A stretch of DNA of 64,000 nucleotides from an uncultured Alphaproteobacteria bacterium. Lineage in GTDB: Bacteria; Pseudomonadota; Alphaproteobacteria; RF32; CAG-239. The notes under the pieces are model-generated. The model did no database searches, was not told the origin of the DNA, and saw only the letters and a list, made by a program, of their open reading frames with translations. A program made the position numbers and the translations under genes. This document shows, in pieces, positions 28,938-38,135 of the stretch; positions within the stretch are counted from its first letter, which is position 1, and each line of letters opens with the position of its first letter. Location of the stretch: NCBI GenBank assembly GCA_934277435.1, contig CAKQUE010000001.1, positions 385,957-449,956 of the forward strand, written 5' to 3'.

Positions 28938-30001
28938 TGGAAGAACTGTTTGCTAAATATCAAATTAAAGATGAAGTCGTGGCAGTTGGTGTTTCCGGCG
29001 GGGCGGATTCCTTGGCGCTTGTTTTGCAAGCGGCTGAAGAATTAGCCGTGTTTGGGCGAAAAGTTGTGGCATTGACTGTGGATCATGGCTTGCGTCCTAC
29101 CTCACGTCTGGAAGCTGAATATGTGGCCGGATTAATGCAGAAATATGGTATTGAACACCATATTTTAACTTGGACGGGAAAAAAGCCAACAACCGGAATA
29201 GAAGAGGCGGCGCGGCAAGCCAGATATGCGCTTATTGCCGAGTGGTGCAGCCAAAATAATGTACATGTTTTGCTAACGGCTCATCATGCCAAAGACCAAG
29301 CCGAGACATTTTTGATGCGTCTGCAACGCGGCAGCGGTTTGGAAGGGTTGTGCGGTATCCGAGAATATAGCGTTCGCGATGGATTAGTTATTTTGCGTCC
29401 TTTGTTAGCTATAAATCCTGAAAATCTACGTGATTATCTGCGACAGCGTGCTATTGTGTGGGTGGAGGACGAATCCAACCGCGATACAACTTTTTTGCGC
29501 GGAAAAATACGCCAATATTTACCGGAACTGACAGAAAACATTGGTATAAATATTGAAAAAATCTGTAATGCCGTGCATAATTTGCAAAGTGCTGAAGATT
29601 ATATTGAACAGCAGCTGGATTTGTTGCTGGCGCATGATGTGATATGGGATTTTGGTACTGTTTGCCGTTTTAGATATATGGACTATTTGAGCTGGCATAA
29701 AGAAATGAAATTCAGAGTGCTGGCGCGTTTGTGTCGCCGCGAGTATATTCCCCGCGCCGAGAGAGTTTTGGCTTTGGTAAACGCTTTGAATACGATGCCT
29801 TTTACGGGGGCGACTCTGGGGGGGCGAGAGATTATTTTGGCGTATGACTGGGTTTGGGTTGTACCTGAAAGAATATCTAAAAGAGTGCAAAGCCGCAAAT
29901 TGTGGGCAGAATTTGTGCGGCAACATCCTTTGTATAAAAACATAAAGATGCCCCATAAAGCCAAGTTGGCGATATTACAAAAAGTCGGAGTAAAAAAATA
30001 A
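28928..30001 (+). CDS. tilS: tRNA(Ile)-lysidine synthetase
   Basis: PP-loop SGGADS. Position after pal-cpoB as in other alphaproteobacteria. GTG start overlapping the cpoB stop. Confidence 0.9.
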   Translation: MQIVEELFAKYQIKDEVVAVGVSGGADSLALVLQAAEELAVFGRKVVALTVDHGLRPTSRLEAEYVAGLMQKYGIEHHILTWTGKKPTTGIEEAARQARYALIAEWCSQNNVHVLLTAHHAKDQAETFLMRLQRGSGLEGLCGIREYSVRDGLVILRPLLAINPENLRDYLRQRAIVWVEDESNRDTTFLRGKIRQYLPELTENIGINIEKICNAVHNLQSAEDYIEQQLDLLLAHDVIWDFGTVCRFRYMDYLSWHKEMKFRVLARLCRREYIPRAERVLALVNALNTMPFTGATLGGREIILAYDWVWVVPERISKRVQSRKLWAEFVRQHPLYKNIKMPHKAKLAILQKVGVKK

Positions 30002-30969
30002 TGATTTATGGCAGCTTGTCGGAAATCGCAGATAAGTTTGAAGTGTTTTTGTTTGACGCCTATGGAGTGTTTTGGAACGGTGACGGATTTTATAAAAACA
30101 GCAAAGAAACAATGCAAAAACTGGTGGCGGAAGGGAAAACCGTGGTTGTTGTTTCTAATGCGACATTGCTGCACGATGATATGGTAACTTCGTATCAGCG
30201 TAAAAATCTGCTTGAGGGCCGAGATTATACTTTTATAGTAAGTTCCGGAGAAGTTCTCAGACAAGATTTAATAGATAAAAAGCTGAATTTTGTCGGCAAT
30301 AAATTTTATACTATCGGAGCCAAACATGAAAAGATGTTTGCCGGCACAATTTATCAATCGGTAGAAAATTTGAACGATGCCGATTTTGTGTTTTGCGGCG
30401 TACCATTTTTGATGGCGGAAGATATAGCAAAATATCCAAAGTACAAACACAGTTTTTTACCGGCGAAAGCAGATGAAAACGGCGATATTGTTTTTTGGGA
30501 TAGCACAATAACCGAACCGTTTGTAGAAATTGTAAAAAAGGTGACCAAGTTGAGATTGCCTGCGCTAAATGCTAATCCGGATTATTTAGCGCAAGAAGGA
30601 CATCCTTTGGCAACGGAAAAAGCTCCGCAGTTTGTGGTGCGCAATGGCACAATCGCCGAAATGTTGCGGCAAAGGGGTAGTAATGTTATTGAATATGGTA
30701 AGCCGCACGCAAATATTTATGATTATGTTTTTGCAAAACTGCAGAAAATCGGCAAAATGACGGATAAAGAAAAAATATGTATGGTTGGAGATACGGTGCG
30801 GACAGATATCAAAGGCGCTGTAAATTCTGGTATAGCCCCCATTTTGTGTGTGCAAACCGGAGTTACCGCGCTTGAACTTTATAAGGGGAATACGGTTAAA
30901 AACCTTTGCGAAAGCGAAAATATTGATGTAAAACAAATAATAGAGATTAACAGCGTCGGAGGAGAATGA
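30001..30969 (+). CDS. HAD-superfamily hydrolase, subfamily IIA-like
   Basis: N-terminal FDAYGVFW nucleophile motif. C-terminal GDTVRTDIKGA (motif IV region). Confidence 0.65.
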   Translation: MIYGSLSEIADKFEVFLFDAYGVFWNGDGFYKNSKETMQKLVAEGKTVVVVSNATLLHDDMVTSYQRKNLLEGRDYTFIVSSGEVLRQDLIDKKLNFVGNKFYTIGAKHEKMFAGTIYQSVENLNDADFVFCGVPFLMAEDIAKYPKYKHSFLPAKADENGDIVFWDSTITEPFVEIVKKVTKLRLPALNANPDYLAQEGHPLATEKAPQFVVRNGTIAEMLRQRGSNVIEYGKPHANIYDYVFAKLQKIGKMTDKEKICMVGDTVRTDIKGAVNSGIAPILCVQTGVTALELYKGNTVKNLCESENIDVKQIIEINSVGGE

Positions 30970-31403
30970 TGGCGTTTGAGTTAGTGCCGGGGTTGGCGGC
31001 AAAAGATTATGTGACCGATTTGAAATTGTGCCGAGTATTGTTTGAAGATAACAAATATTATCCGTGGATTTTTTTGGTTCCGATGAAAGAAAATACCAAA
31101 AATATGACCAATTTAAGTATGGATGAACGGTTTCAGCTGATGAGAGAAATTGCGCTGGCCGAAAAAGTTATGATGTCGCTGTTTCCGTGTGACCAAGACA
31201 ATGTGGCGATGATTGGTAATATGACGCCTCAGCTGCATGTGCATGTGGTTTGCCGCAAAAAAGGCGACCCAGATTGGCCTGGGACGGTTTGGAATTCGGC
31301 AACAGCCAAATATGAACCGGCGGAAAAAGAAAAAATTATTGCAAGAATCCGCCAAGCAATCAACGAAGAAATACAAAATCCAATTTATCAAATTTCTAAA
31401 TAA
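30966..31403 (+). CDS. HIT-family protein
   Basis: Histidine triad HVHVV. About 145 aa. Overlapping start/stop (ATGA) with the upstream gene. Confidence 0.7.
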   Translation: MMAFELVPGLAAKDYVTDLKLCRVLFEDNKYYPWIFLVPMKENTKNMTNLSMDERFQLMREIALAEKVMMSLFPCDQDNVAMIGNMTPQLHVHVVCRKKGDPDWPGTVWNSATAKYEPAEKEKIIARIRQAINEEIQNPIYQISK

Positions 31404-31415
31404 AAGGACATAAAA

Positions 31416-32189
31416 ATGAGTAGAGTAATTACTTTAATGCCGGTTAGATTAGCCGCAACCAGACTGCCTAACAAACCTTTGCGCGTGATTAATGGTAAAA
31501 CTATGGTACAGCGCGTTTATGAAAATGTAAAAAAAGCATTGAACACCGATATAGCCATTGCTGCCGGTGACCAAGCTATTGTGGACGAATGCACAAAATT
31601 TGGCGCTAAGGCAATTTTAACCGACCCAAATTTGCCAAGTGGCACGGATAGAATTGCCGCCGCTTTGAAAGAGCTTGATCCGGACGGTTCAAAATATGAT
31701 ATTGTTGTTGATTTTCAAGGCGACAATATCAATGTTGACCCTAAAGTTACATTGCCATTGATAGAAATGGTGGAACGTACCGGCTGCGATATTGCCACCT
31801 GCGGTATGCTGATTAAAACCGAAGAAGACAAAAACAATCCTAATGTGGTAAAAATCATTATGGGACTGAAAGAAGGCGAAAAAGAAGCTCGTTGTCTATA
31901 CTTTACCCGTGCGACGGCGCCTTATACTCGCAATCCGGAAAAATGCCCGAATCAAGATTTATATTATCACATCGGTATTTATGTTTTTAAAGCAGCTTCT
32001 TTGCATAAAATGGTTTCACTTCCTACTGGTGTGTTGGAAAAACGTGAGGCCTTAGAGCAACTGCGCGCTCTGGAAAATGGTATGGAAGTTCGCGCTATGT
32101 TGGTTGACAACATTAAACTTGTTCCCGAAGCTCCGGCGGATATAAATACGGAAGAGGATTTGGCGAATGCTCTTCCTTATATAAAATAA
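31416..32189 (+). CDS. kdsB: 3-deoxy-manno-octulosonate cytidylyltransferase (CMP-Kdo synthetase)
   Basis: MPVRLAATRLPNKPL start and typical KdsB length and motifs. Confidence 0.9.
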   Translation: MSRVITLMPVRLAATRLPNKPLRVINGKTMVQRVYENVKKALNTDIAIAAGDQAIVDECTKFGAKAILTDPNLPSGTDRIAAALKELDPDGSKYDIVVDFQGDNINVDPKVTLPLIEMVERTGCDIATCGMLIKTEEDKNNPNVVKIIMGLKEGEKEARCLYFTRATAPYTRNPEKCPNQDLYYHIGIYVFKAASLHKMVSLPTGVLEKREALEQLRALENGMEVRAMLVDNIKLVPEAPADINTEEDLANALPYIK

Positions 32190-32470
32190 TGGAACTCGTC
32201 TAGCTGGTATCTGCTGGGGATTTTTGCGCTCGTGTACTAATCTGTACACGTCGCTTAAAAATTCCGTCGCATCTACGCACGCTATCCGAGTTTCTGAGAG
32301 TTAGTGCCGGTTGCCTTAAAGCAGCCGGTTTTTCTTGTGTACCACTTTGTACACGTCGCAAAAAAGTTAATGCGTATTAGCCTCATTATCCTAGTTTCTG
32401 CAAGCTTGTGCCGGTTGCAGCAATAAGCAGCCGGTTTTCTTATGTACTAGTTTGTACATAGCGATACCAA
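32190..32470. repeat. Array B of the intergenic repeat family (about 2.5 units)
   Basis: Starts with GGAACTCGTCTA immediately after the kdsB stop. Units share TGTAC-N6-TGTACA, GCGCAAAAAAGTTAATGCGTATTAGCCTCATTATCC and the GCCGGTTGC hairpin plus T-run with array A. Confidence 0.85.
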
Positions 32471-32480
32471 TACAGGTTGC

Positions 32481-32520
32481 AACAAAAAAAACAGCCCTTA
32501 ATTAAAGGACTGTTTTTTTG
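32481..32520. terminator. Bidirectional terminator
   Basis: A-run, then the hairpin acagccctt / aaggactgt, then a T-run. Confidence 0.65.
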
Positions 32521-32525
32521 TTAGA

Positions 32526-33023
32526 TTACGCTGGTGCTTCTGCACCTTCGCTTGTTTCAGCAACCGTGGCTGGATTTTTTTCTTCGGCTTTACGCTCGGA
32601 AGAATAAATTCCATAGTCGCGCGCTCCGCTGACAGTCAAAAGAATGCTTAGAGCAGACAAAAGTCCCTCCCATTCTACTGGTCGAACATTAAAGTATGGA
32701 GATACAATAAAATTATTGCTATACCCCAGAACCAAAATCCAGCCAATAGCAGGAATCCAGAACTTGTTACTCAACTCACGACCACCAGCCGTCGCGTTAA
32801 TAGCTTTTTGCAACGGACCTAAATAGCGGAATCTCTGCAACACTATGTCGCGGGCGCCGCCAAGTCCAATCACAATACTAAATGTCAAAATCAACTGATA
32901 CCAGTCGATAATTCGACAATCAAAATACGGAGCCAATGCGCAGTTGTGAAAGAAACCATACGCAATAACCACTCCTAACGCTGGAATCCACATACGGGAT
33001 TTCTTGACTTTAATCTTAATCAT
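32526..33023 (-). CDS. Small membrane protein with internal 2x (2-TM) duplication
   Basis: Repeats WIPALGVV...SPYF...GARD and WIPAIGWI...SPYF...GARD. Downstream of the pilin genes on the same strand. Confidence 0.5.
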   Translation of the reverse strand: MIKIKVKKSRMWIPALGVVIAYGFFHNCALAPYFDCRIIDWYQLILTFSIVIGLGGARDIVLQRFRYLGPLQKAINATAGGRELSNKFWIPAIGWILVLGYSNNFIVSPYFNVRPVEWEGLLSALSILLTVSGARDYGIYSSERKAEEKNPATVAETSEGAEAPA

Positions 33024-33138
33024 ACTAAAAAAAATATAAAGATTAATAATTTTCTTCCTAAGATTTAAAATACGCCATATGGCCTATTTTGTCAAGGGAT
33101 TATTGTTAATTTGTCTATATTTTTTAGCATTTTCTGTT

Positions 33139-33774
33139 CTAAAATGCCCAAATCGCAATGGCGCAAGTGTTGTTTGTACCGCAGTTGCATGCGTTGGCTA
33201 TAGTTGTTATGGGCATATCCTTATTATAGCAAATAGCAAAATCATTGTCTGAAGTTTCGCATTTTGCGGCTGAGGAATATTGGGTATAGCCTGAAATTTT
33301 AGAAGTACTGTTTGGATTGTTTGAACCGGAGGCAACCAAAATAGTTTTGGGACCGCCCAAACCTTTACTCAAAATTTGGATGCAAGCATCGCGGGACAGA
33401 GATTTCAGCTCAACTATAACACCTTTGTCTGTTGGGGTTAAACCATAAAGTTCTTTTGCCGAACCAACTCTAACTTCACCGCCGTAAACGTGAGTAACCT
33501 TGCCGCTGGAGTTAATCATTTCATCTGGAATAATTTTCATTTTTTTTGCAGATGTGTTATTTAAGCCGGTGTATTTACCGCCTTGACGCAACCCGATGCT
33601 TTTGGCGTTGGCAATAATAGTGCCGATTTGTTCAACAATGTTGTTAACCTTGTAGGCGTCCATGGCTTTACTGAAACCATTGATGCCGCCAACGCTCAGC
33701 ACGCCGATAATTGCCAGCACACCCAGCATTTCTATCATTGAACGACCTTGTTCAAATTTATTGATATTCATCAT
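33139..33774 (-). CDS. Type IV pilin (paralog 1)
   Basis: Prepilin leader ...FEQG^RSMIEMLGVLAIIGVLSVGGI with Glu at +5. C-terminal disulfide loop CNCGTNNTC. Confidence 0.8.
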   Translation of the reverse strand: MMNINKFEQGRSMIEMLGVLAIIGVLSVGGINGFSKAMDAYKVNNIVEQIGTIIANAKSIGLRQGGKYTGLNNTSAKKMKIIPDEMINSSGKVTHVYGGEVRVGSAKELYGLTPTDKGVIVELKSLSRDACIQILSKGLGGPKTILVASGSNNPNSTSKISGYTQYSSAAKCETSDNDFAICYNKDMPITTIANACNCGTNNTCAIAIWAF

Positions 33775-33789
33775 TTGCAGAATTCCTTA

Positions 33790-34398
33790 TTAGTTAAATT
33801 TTAAAGCTACAATACAAGAGTTAGAAGATGAGCAGTTGCAGCCTTTTGCTGCGTCAACAGGCGACATTGGGGTTTTCTCTGCCGGTAATATGGCATATTT
33901 TTTAGCAGCATTAATATCTCCAGCACCATCATCAAGTAAATCTGTCTTAAAATTTTGTTTGTCACCAACGCCAATCATTTGGAAAGTAGAACTCTTGGTG
34001 CCCCAATCTTGAGTGGCTAAATAAATACAAGCAACTTTAGGCAGTCCATTATAAGATATTATATATGACATATCTGTAGGTGTAATTTTTATATTTCCGT
34101 GGAATAGATTTGTTAAAGTTCCATTGCTAGCATTGGCAATCGCTTCTTTAGGAATAGCGCCGAATTTGATGGCAGCTTTGTTGTCTAATCCGTCATAAGA
34201 CGCAACTTCGGAACCGACAGCAGAAAGTTTTGCGGCAATAGCGTTGATTTGTTCATAAGTCTGGGTGATTTTATAACGTTCAAGCATTTGCGAAAAGGCG
34301 GCTATGCCCCCCACGCTTAAAACGCCGACAATCGCTAAAACACCAAGCATTTCTATCATAGAACGACCGGTCATATTCGATAATTTATTATAATTCAT
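33790..34398 (-). CDS. Type IV pilin (paralog 2)
   Basis: Same leader, G^RSMIEMLGVLAIVGVLSVGGI. C-terminal CNCSSSNSC. AGGAGG RBS before the ATG at 34398. Confidence 0.8.
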   Translation of the reverse strand: MNYNKLSNMTGRSMIEMLGVLAIVGVLSVGGIAAFSQMLERYKITQTYEQINAIAAKLSAVGSEVASYDGLDNKAAIKFGAIPKEAIANASNGTLTNLFHGNIKITPTDMSYIISYNGLPKVACIYLATQDWGTKSSTFQMIGVGDKQNFKTDLLDDGAGDINAAKKYAILPAEKTPMSPVDAAKGCNCSSSNSCIVALKFN

Positions 34399-34472
34399 AA
34401 TATCCTCCTGTTTGCTATTTTTGTAACACGTATGCAAGCTGGCGTCAAGCTATATTAAGGCGGAGATAAGTA

Positions 34473-35732
34473 TCAAATTTTTGGCAGCGTCACCATAAAT
34501 GTAGAGCCTTTGCCAAATTTGCTGTCCACAGTGATTTTGCCGTTATATTTTTGCACGATGTCTTTAGCCAGAGCCAAGCCCAGACCAAATCCTCCGCTTT
34601 GGCGATTGCGGCTTTTATCGGCGCGGTAAAAACGTTCAAATATATGGGGTATATCCTCATTTTTTATGCCGCGGCCTTGGTCAGAAACCTCAATTTTCAG
34701 ATTATGTTCATTTTCTGAAACCTTGAGGGAAATATCTTTGTCGCTGGGTGTGTATTTTAGCGCGTTGTCAAGCAATATGGTCAGCAAACGTTCCAAATGC
34801 TGTGCCGACATTTTTATTTTTGCTTTTGCGGGGCAAATCACTTTGATTGGATGTTGCCGTTCTTGATGAACCGTATTCAAACGTTCGGTCAAAGGTTTGA
34901 TGATGTTGGCAATATCGATTTCTGAAACCGCGGTGTTTTTAGTGTTTTCCAAACGAGTAAGTGCCAGTAGGTTTTCAATAAGTTCGGACATATTTTTGGT
35001 TTCATCGCGCATAACCTGCAGCGCCTTGGCATTTTGCGGCTGCTGTTGCAATATTTCGGTGTAAGTCAGCAATACGCTGAGAGGAGTTTTTAGCTCGTGT
35101 GAAGCGTCGGAAACAAATTCTTTTTGTTTGTTATAGGCCTCCTGCAAAGGTTTTACGGCGTTGTTAGAAATTAAATAAGCGGTGAGAATCGAGAGCAAGC
35201 ACAAAAGACCAACCAAAATTAAACCATAGCTTTTATAGCGGTGAGTGACATAAATATACGGTGTGACATTGAGCAAAGCAACTACTTGATATTTGTCGCC
35301 GCTGGGTTCATCAATCCAGCTTTGGGACAAGGCTACAAAGCGCCAGCGCTCGCCGTTGTTTTTGATTTTAACTGTTTTGATTTCTCCGTCTTTTCCCTGC
35401 CACTTGGTCATTTTTTGCGTCAGAATATTACCGGTTTCTCCGGCTGGTTGTTCTAAGCGGCGCATTTGTCCGTTTACAAAGCCATACGAGAAAAAATGCA
35501 GGGCGTTATTGCTTGCGGCGACGGCTATTCTTTCCGGCTTGAATGCGAGTTCGGCGGCTTCTTGCTTAAATTCAAAAACTTCTTCTTGCAAATAGTCATA
35601 AAGGCTTGAAGATATTACATTTTTAGAAATAATGCGATAGGTGGCGTATCCGCCCAAAAATATGAGCAAGGACACGCTGAATAATATTAGCGAATAGCGA
35701 ATTAAAAGTTTATGTTTTAAGGCGTCTATCAT
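34473..35732 (-). CDS. Sensor histidine kinase (PmrB/BasS-like)
   Basis: Two TM helices flanking a periplasmic domain. H-box HELKTPL. G-boxes in the HATPase_c domain. Confidence 0.85.
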   Translation of the reverse strand: MIDALKHKLLIRYSLILFSVSLLIFLGGYATYRIISKNVISSSLYDYLQEEVFEFKQEAAELAFKPERIAVAASNNALHFFSYGFVNGQMRRLEQPAGETGNILTQKMTKWQGKDGEIKTVKIKNNGERWRFVALSQSWIDEPSGDKYQVVALLNVTPYIYVTHRYKSYGLILVGLLCLLSILTAYLISNNAVKPLQEAYNKQKEFVSDASHELKTPLSVLLTYTEILQQQPQNAKALQVMRDETKNMSELIENLLALTRLENTKNTAVSEIDIANIIKPLTERLNTVHQERQHPIKVICPAKAKIKMSAQHLERLLTILLDNALKYTPSDKDISLKVSENEHNLKIEVSDQGRGIKNEDIPHIFERFYRADKSRNRQSGGFGLGLALAKDIVQKYNGKITVDSKFGKGSTFMVTLPKI

Positions 35733-36418
35733 TTGAGTTCCAGCATATATCCAATGTTTTTGAGCAGGTTTATTTGGATGTTATCTTGCCAGATTTTAAG
35801 CTTTTTGCGCAAATTGTAAATATAAGAATCCAAATTGGCGCTGCTGATTTCGGGATTATTGCCCCAAACTTTGTCAAAAAGTGTTTCGCGCAAAATAGTC
35901 TTATCATGGTTTACAAAAAGAATCTGCAATATTTTAAATTCGGTTTTAGAAAAATTAAGCGTTTTCTTGCCGTTGCTCAAGGTATTTTGCGCGCAATCCA
36001 AAACATAGCCGTCGGCTTCAAACAAGCTGTCGACATAAGGTTTGTTTTTGCGGCGCAGCACAGCGTGAATACGCGCTTTTAGCTCGCGGATTTCAAAAGG
36101 TTTGGTAATATAATCATCGGCCCCAACTTCCAGAGCCTGCACACAATCATCAAGCTCGGATTTGGCGGTTAAAAATATGATGCCGCCGCTGTAGTGTCCT
36201 TTTTTGATATCTCTAAGCCATTTGCATACTTCCAAACCAGAAAGCTCAGGCAGCATCCAATCCAAAAGCACCACATCATATTGCGAAGTTCCGTATTTAA
36301 TTTCTTCAATAGCTTCGGTTCCGGTTGTTGCCAAATTTACCTCATAACCGTCAATTTCAAGCAGGGTTTTGATGCCTTGTCCTAAATTAATATCGTCTTC
36401 AACCAATAAAATATGCAT
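35729..36418 (-). CDS. OmpR-family response regulator (PmrA/BasR-like)
   Basis: Receiver domain (LLVEDD...D...LDWMLP). Winged-helix C-terminus. Overlaps the kinase start. ATG at 36418 with a GGGAGA RBS. Confidence 0.85.
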   Translation of the reverse strand: MHILLVEDDINLGQGIKTLLEIDGYEVNLATTGTEAIEEIKYGTSQYDVVLLDWMLPELSGLEVCKWLRDIKKGHYSGGIIFLTAKSELDDCVQALEVGADDYITKPFEIRELKARIHAVLRRKNKPYVDSLFEADGYVLDCAQNTLSNGKKTLNFSKTEFKILQILFVNHDKTILRETLFDKVWGNNPEISSANLDSYIYNLRKKLKIWQDNIQINLLKNIGYMLELK

Positions 36419-36466
36419 AAAGTTATCTCCCAAAACATAGTTTATGTTGTTTTTATTAAGAACTCA

Positions 36467-36540
36467 ATCTGAAAGTTATCTGAGAGAATTTAATTTTTAT
36501 CTGAAAAATTTTTTAGATTCTTTCAGATTGTTTTCAGATT
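36467..36540. promoter_or_regulatory. Phased direct repeats ATCTGAAA / TTTCAGAT in the divergent intergenic region
   Basis: ATCTGAAA at 36467 and ATCTGAGA at 36478 are 11 bp apart. A further ATCTGAAA at 36499. TTTCAGAT at 36521 and 36532 are 11 bp apart in the opposite orientation. This is an OmpR/PhoB-type box architecture. Confidence 0.5.
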
Positions 36541-36579
36541 AGCGTTTTAATTTTGCCAATGTACCAACAGGAGGACAAA

Positions 36580-36858
36580 TTGAAGATAAAAAGAATAAGT
36601 ATAAAATCATCAACATTAATTTGCTTGGTTGCCCTATACTTTGCAACGGTTTTAAACTTGTCGTTTTGGTGCTACATAACACATTATATCCAAATTGACA
36701 ATCCGATGATGTTGATGTTTGCTTTTTCCCTTGGCATATTTATATTTGTTCCGCTGTATGCGTTGTTCAATCTTTTGATTTGTCCTCATGTTGGTAAACT
36801 GATGACAATAATATTACTTTTAGGTGGCGGTTGCTGCCAATTATCAAATGTTAGCTGA
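36580..36858 (+). pseudogene. N-terminal fragment of an EptA-like phosphoethanolamine transferase (truncated remnant)
   Basis: The 92-101 aa membrane ORF aligns by eye to the EptA N-terminal TM domain (KRISIKSS..LNLSFW.....ILLLGGGCCQ versus E. coli KRPSLNLL..LNIAFF...FILVGAAAQY). There is no room for the sulfatase domain. AGGAGG precedes a TTG start at 36580. Confidence 0.45.
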
Positions 36859-36893
36859 CGGCATATATAGAGTTGGCAAGGTTATAAAGTAAA

Positions 36894-36966
36894 TCCCCGC
36901 AAAACAACAGAACATATATCTTATTCCTTCTGGATATATGTTTTGTTGGCGGGGACGTTTTTTTTG
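36894..36966. terminator. Long stem-loop with T-run (bidirectional terminator)
   Basis: tccccgcaaaacaacagaacatatatc pairs with gatatatgttttgttggcgggga, then a T-run of 9. Confidence 0.65.
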
Positions 36967-36969
36967 CGT

Positions 36970-38115
36970 CTAGTCTTTGATTTTGCGGCTCATAAACAGC
37001 AAGTACAGCGCGCATAATATCATTACGGCGACAGCTCCGTGCTGGTTGTTGACAAAGTCGGAGGCAATACCCATCAACAGCGGAAATACGGTGCCGCCGA
37101 AAATACCCATAATCATCAAGCCGGAAACCTCATTACCGTGACGCGGCATGGTTTTGAGAGCTTGCGAAAAAACAACCGGAAAAATATTTGCGTTGCCGTA
37201 GCCAATGCAGGCAATGCAAATATACAGCAGTTCTTTACTGTTGAATAAAAAGATGCCGATAAGGGCAAAAAACATCAAAATCACACTGCCTAAAAAATAT
37301 TTATGGTTGGAGTATTTGGCTAAAATATAGGCGCCGCTAAAACTGCCAATGGTGCGGAAAAAGAAATATATGCTAGTGGCATAGCCGGCTTGTTCCAAAG
37401 TCCAGCCCAGTTTTTGCATAAGCAGTTTCGGGGTGGTTACATTAGTGCCAACGTCAAGCCCAACATGGCACATCACCGCCATAAAACAAAGAAAAATTGT
37501 TCCGTTGCCTAAAAGCATGGCACATTCTTTGAAGCCCGAAGTTTTGCCAACTTCCGTTTCTTCTATTTTTTCGCGTGACAATAAAACAAACGCCAAGACA
37601 GTTTCGGCTAAAAAGAACGGAAACAGCACTTGCCATTTGCCAAAGTGAATAGCACCCCAGCCGGCGAGAATCGGTGCTACAAATGAAGCTGTGGCTTTAA
37701 CAAACTGTCCAAAGGTGAGGGCGCTGGACATTTTATCTTTGGCGACAATGTTCGAAACAAGCGGATTTAGTGAAACTTGCATAATGGTGTTGCCAATACC
37801 CAATAAAGAAAATGAAATCATAATGATTATCATATTGTAGTCAAATATCGGCAAAAGCAAAGCCAGCATAGTGATGGCCAAGCTCAGCAGCACGGTTTTA
37901 CGGCGTCCGATTTTGTTCATCAGCAGACCTGTCGGAACTGAAAAAATCAAAAACCAAAAAAATGTCATTGATGTAAACAAGTTTGCCATTGTGTCGGAAA
38001 GGGCAAAATCGACTTTGACATAGTTGGTGGCTATGCCGACAAAGTCGACGGCGCCCATGGCAAAAAAGGCGAACATAATTGGTATCAGTTTTTTGAACAT
38101 ATCCGTTTTAATCAT
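36970..38115 (-). CDS. MFS transporter (sugar/FucP-like)
   Basis: 12 predicted TM helices. MFS motif NKIGRRKTVL. Adjacent to a sugar kinase gene. Confidence 0.8.
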   Translation of the reverse strand: MIKTDMFKKLIPIMFAFFAMGAVDFVGIATNYVKVDFALSDTMANLFTSMTFFWFLIFSVPTGLLMNKIGRRKTVLLSLAITMLALLLPIFDYNMIIIMISFSLLGIGNTIMQVSLNPLVSNIVAKDKMSSALTFGQFVKATASFVAPILAGWGAIHFGKWQVLFPFFLAETVLAFVLLSREKIEETEVGKTSGFKECAMLLGNGTIFLCFMAVMCHVGLDVGTNVTTPKLLMQKLGWTLEQAGYATSIYFFFRTIGSFSGAYILAKYSNHKYFLGSVILMFFALIGIFLFNSKELLYICIACIGYGNANIFPVVFSQALKTMPRHGNEVSGLMIMGIFGGTVFPLLMGIASDFVNNQHGAVAVMILCALYLLFMSRKIKD

Positions 38116-38135
38116 GGCTATTCTCCTATTACAGG

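Noticed and set aside
36553-36579. ATG start at 36553 for the EptA-like fragment
   Set aside because: An AGGAGG Shine-Dalgarno lies 5 nt before the in-frame TTG at 36580, and nothing comparable precedes 36553. The shorter start is preferred, though either way the product is a truncated remnant.
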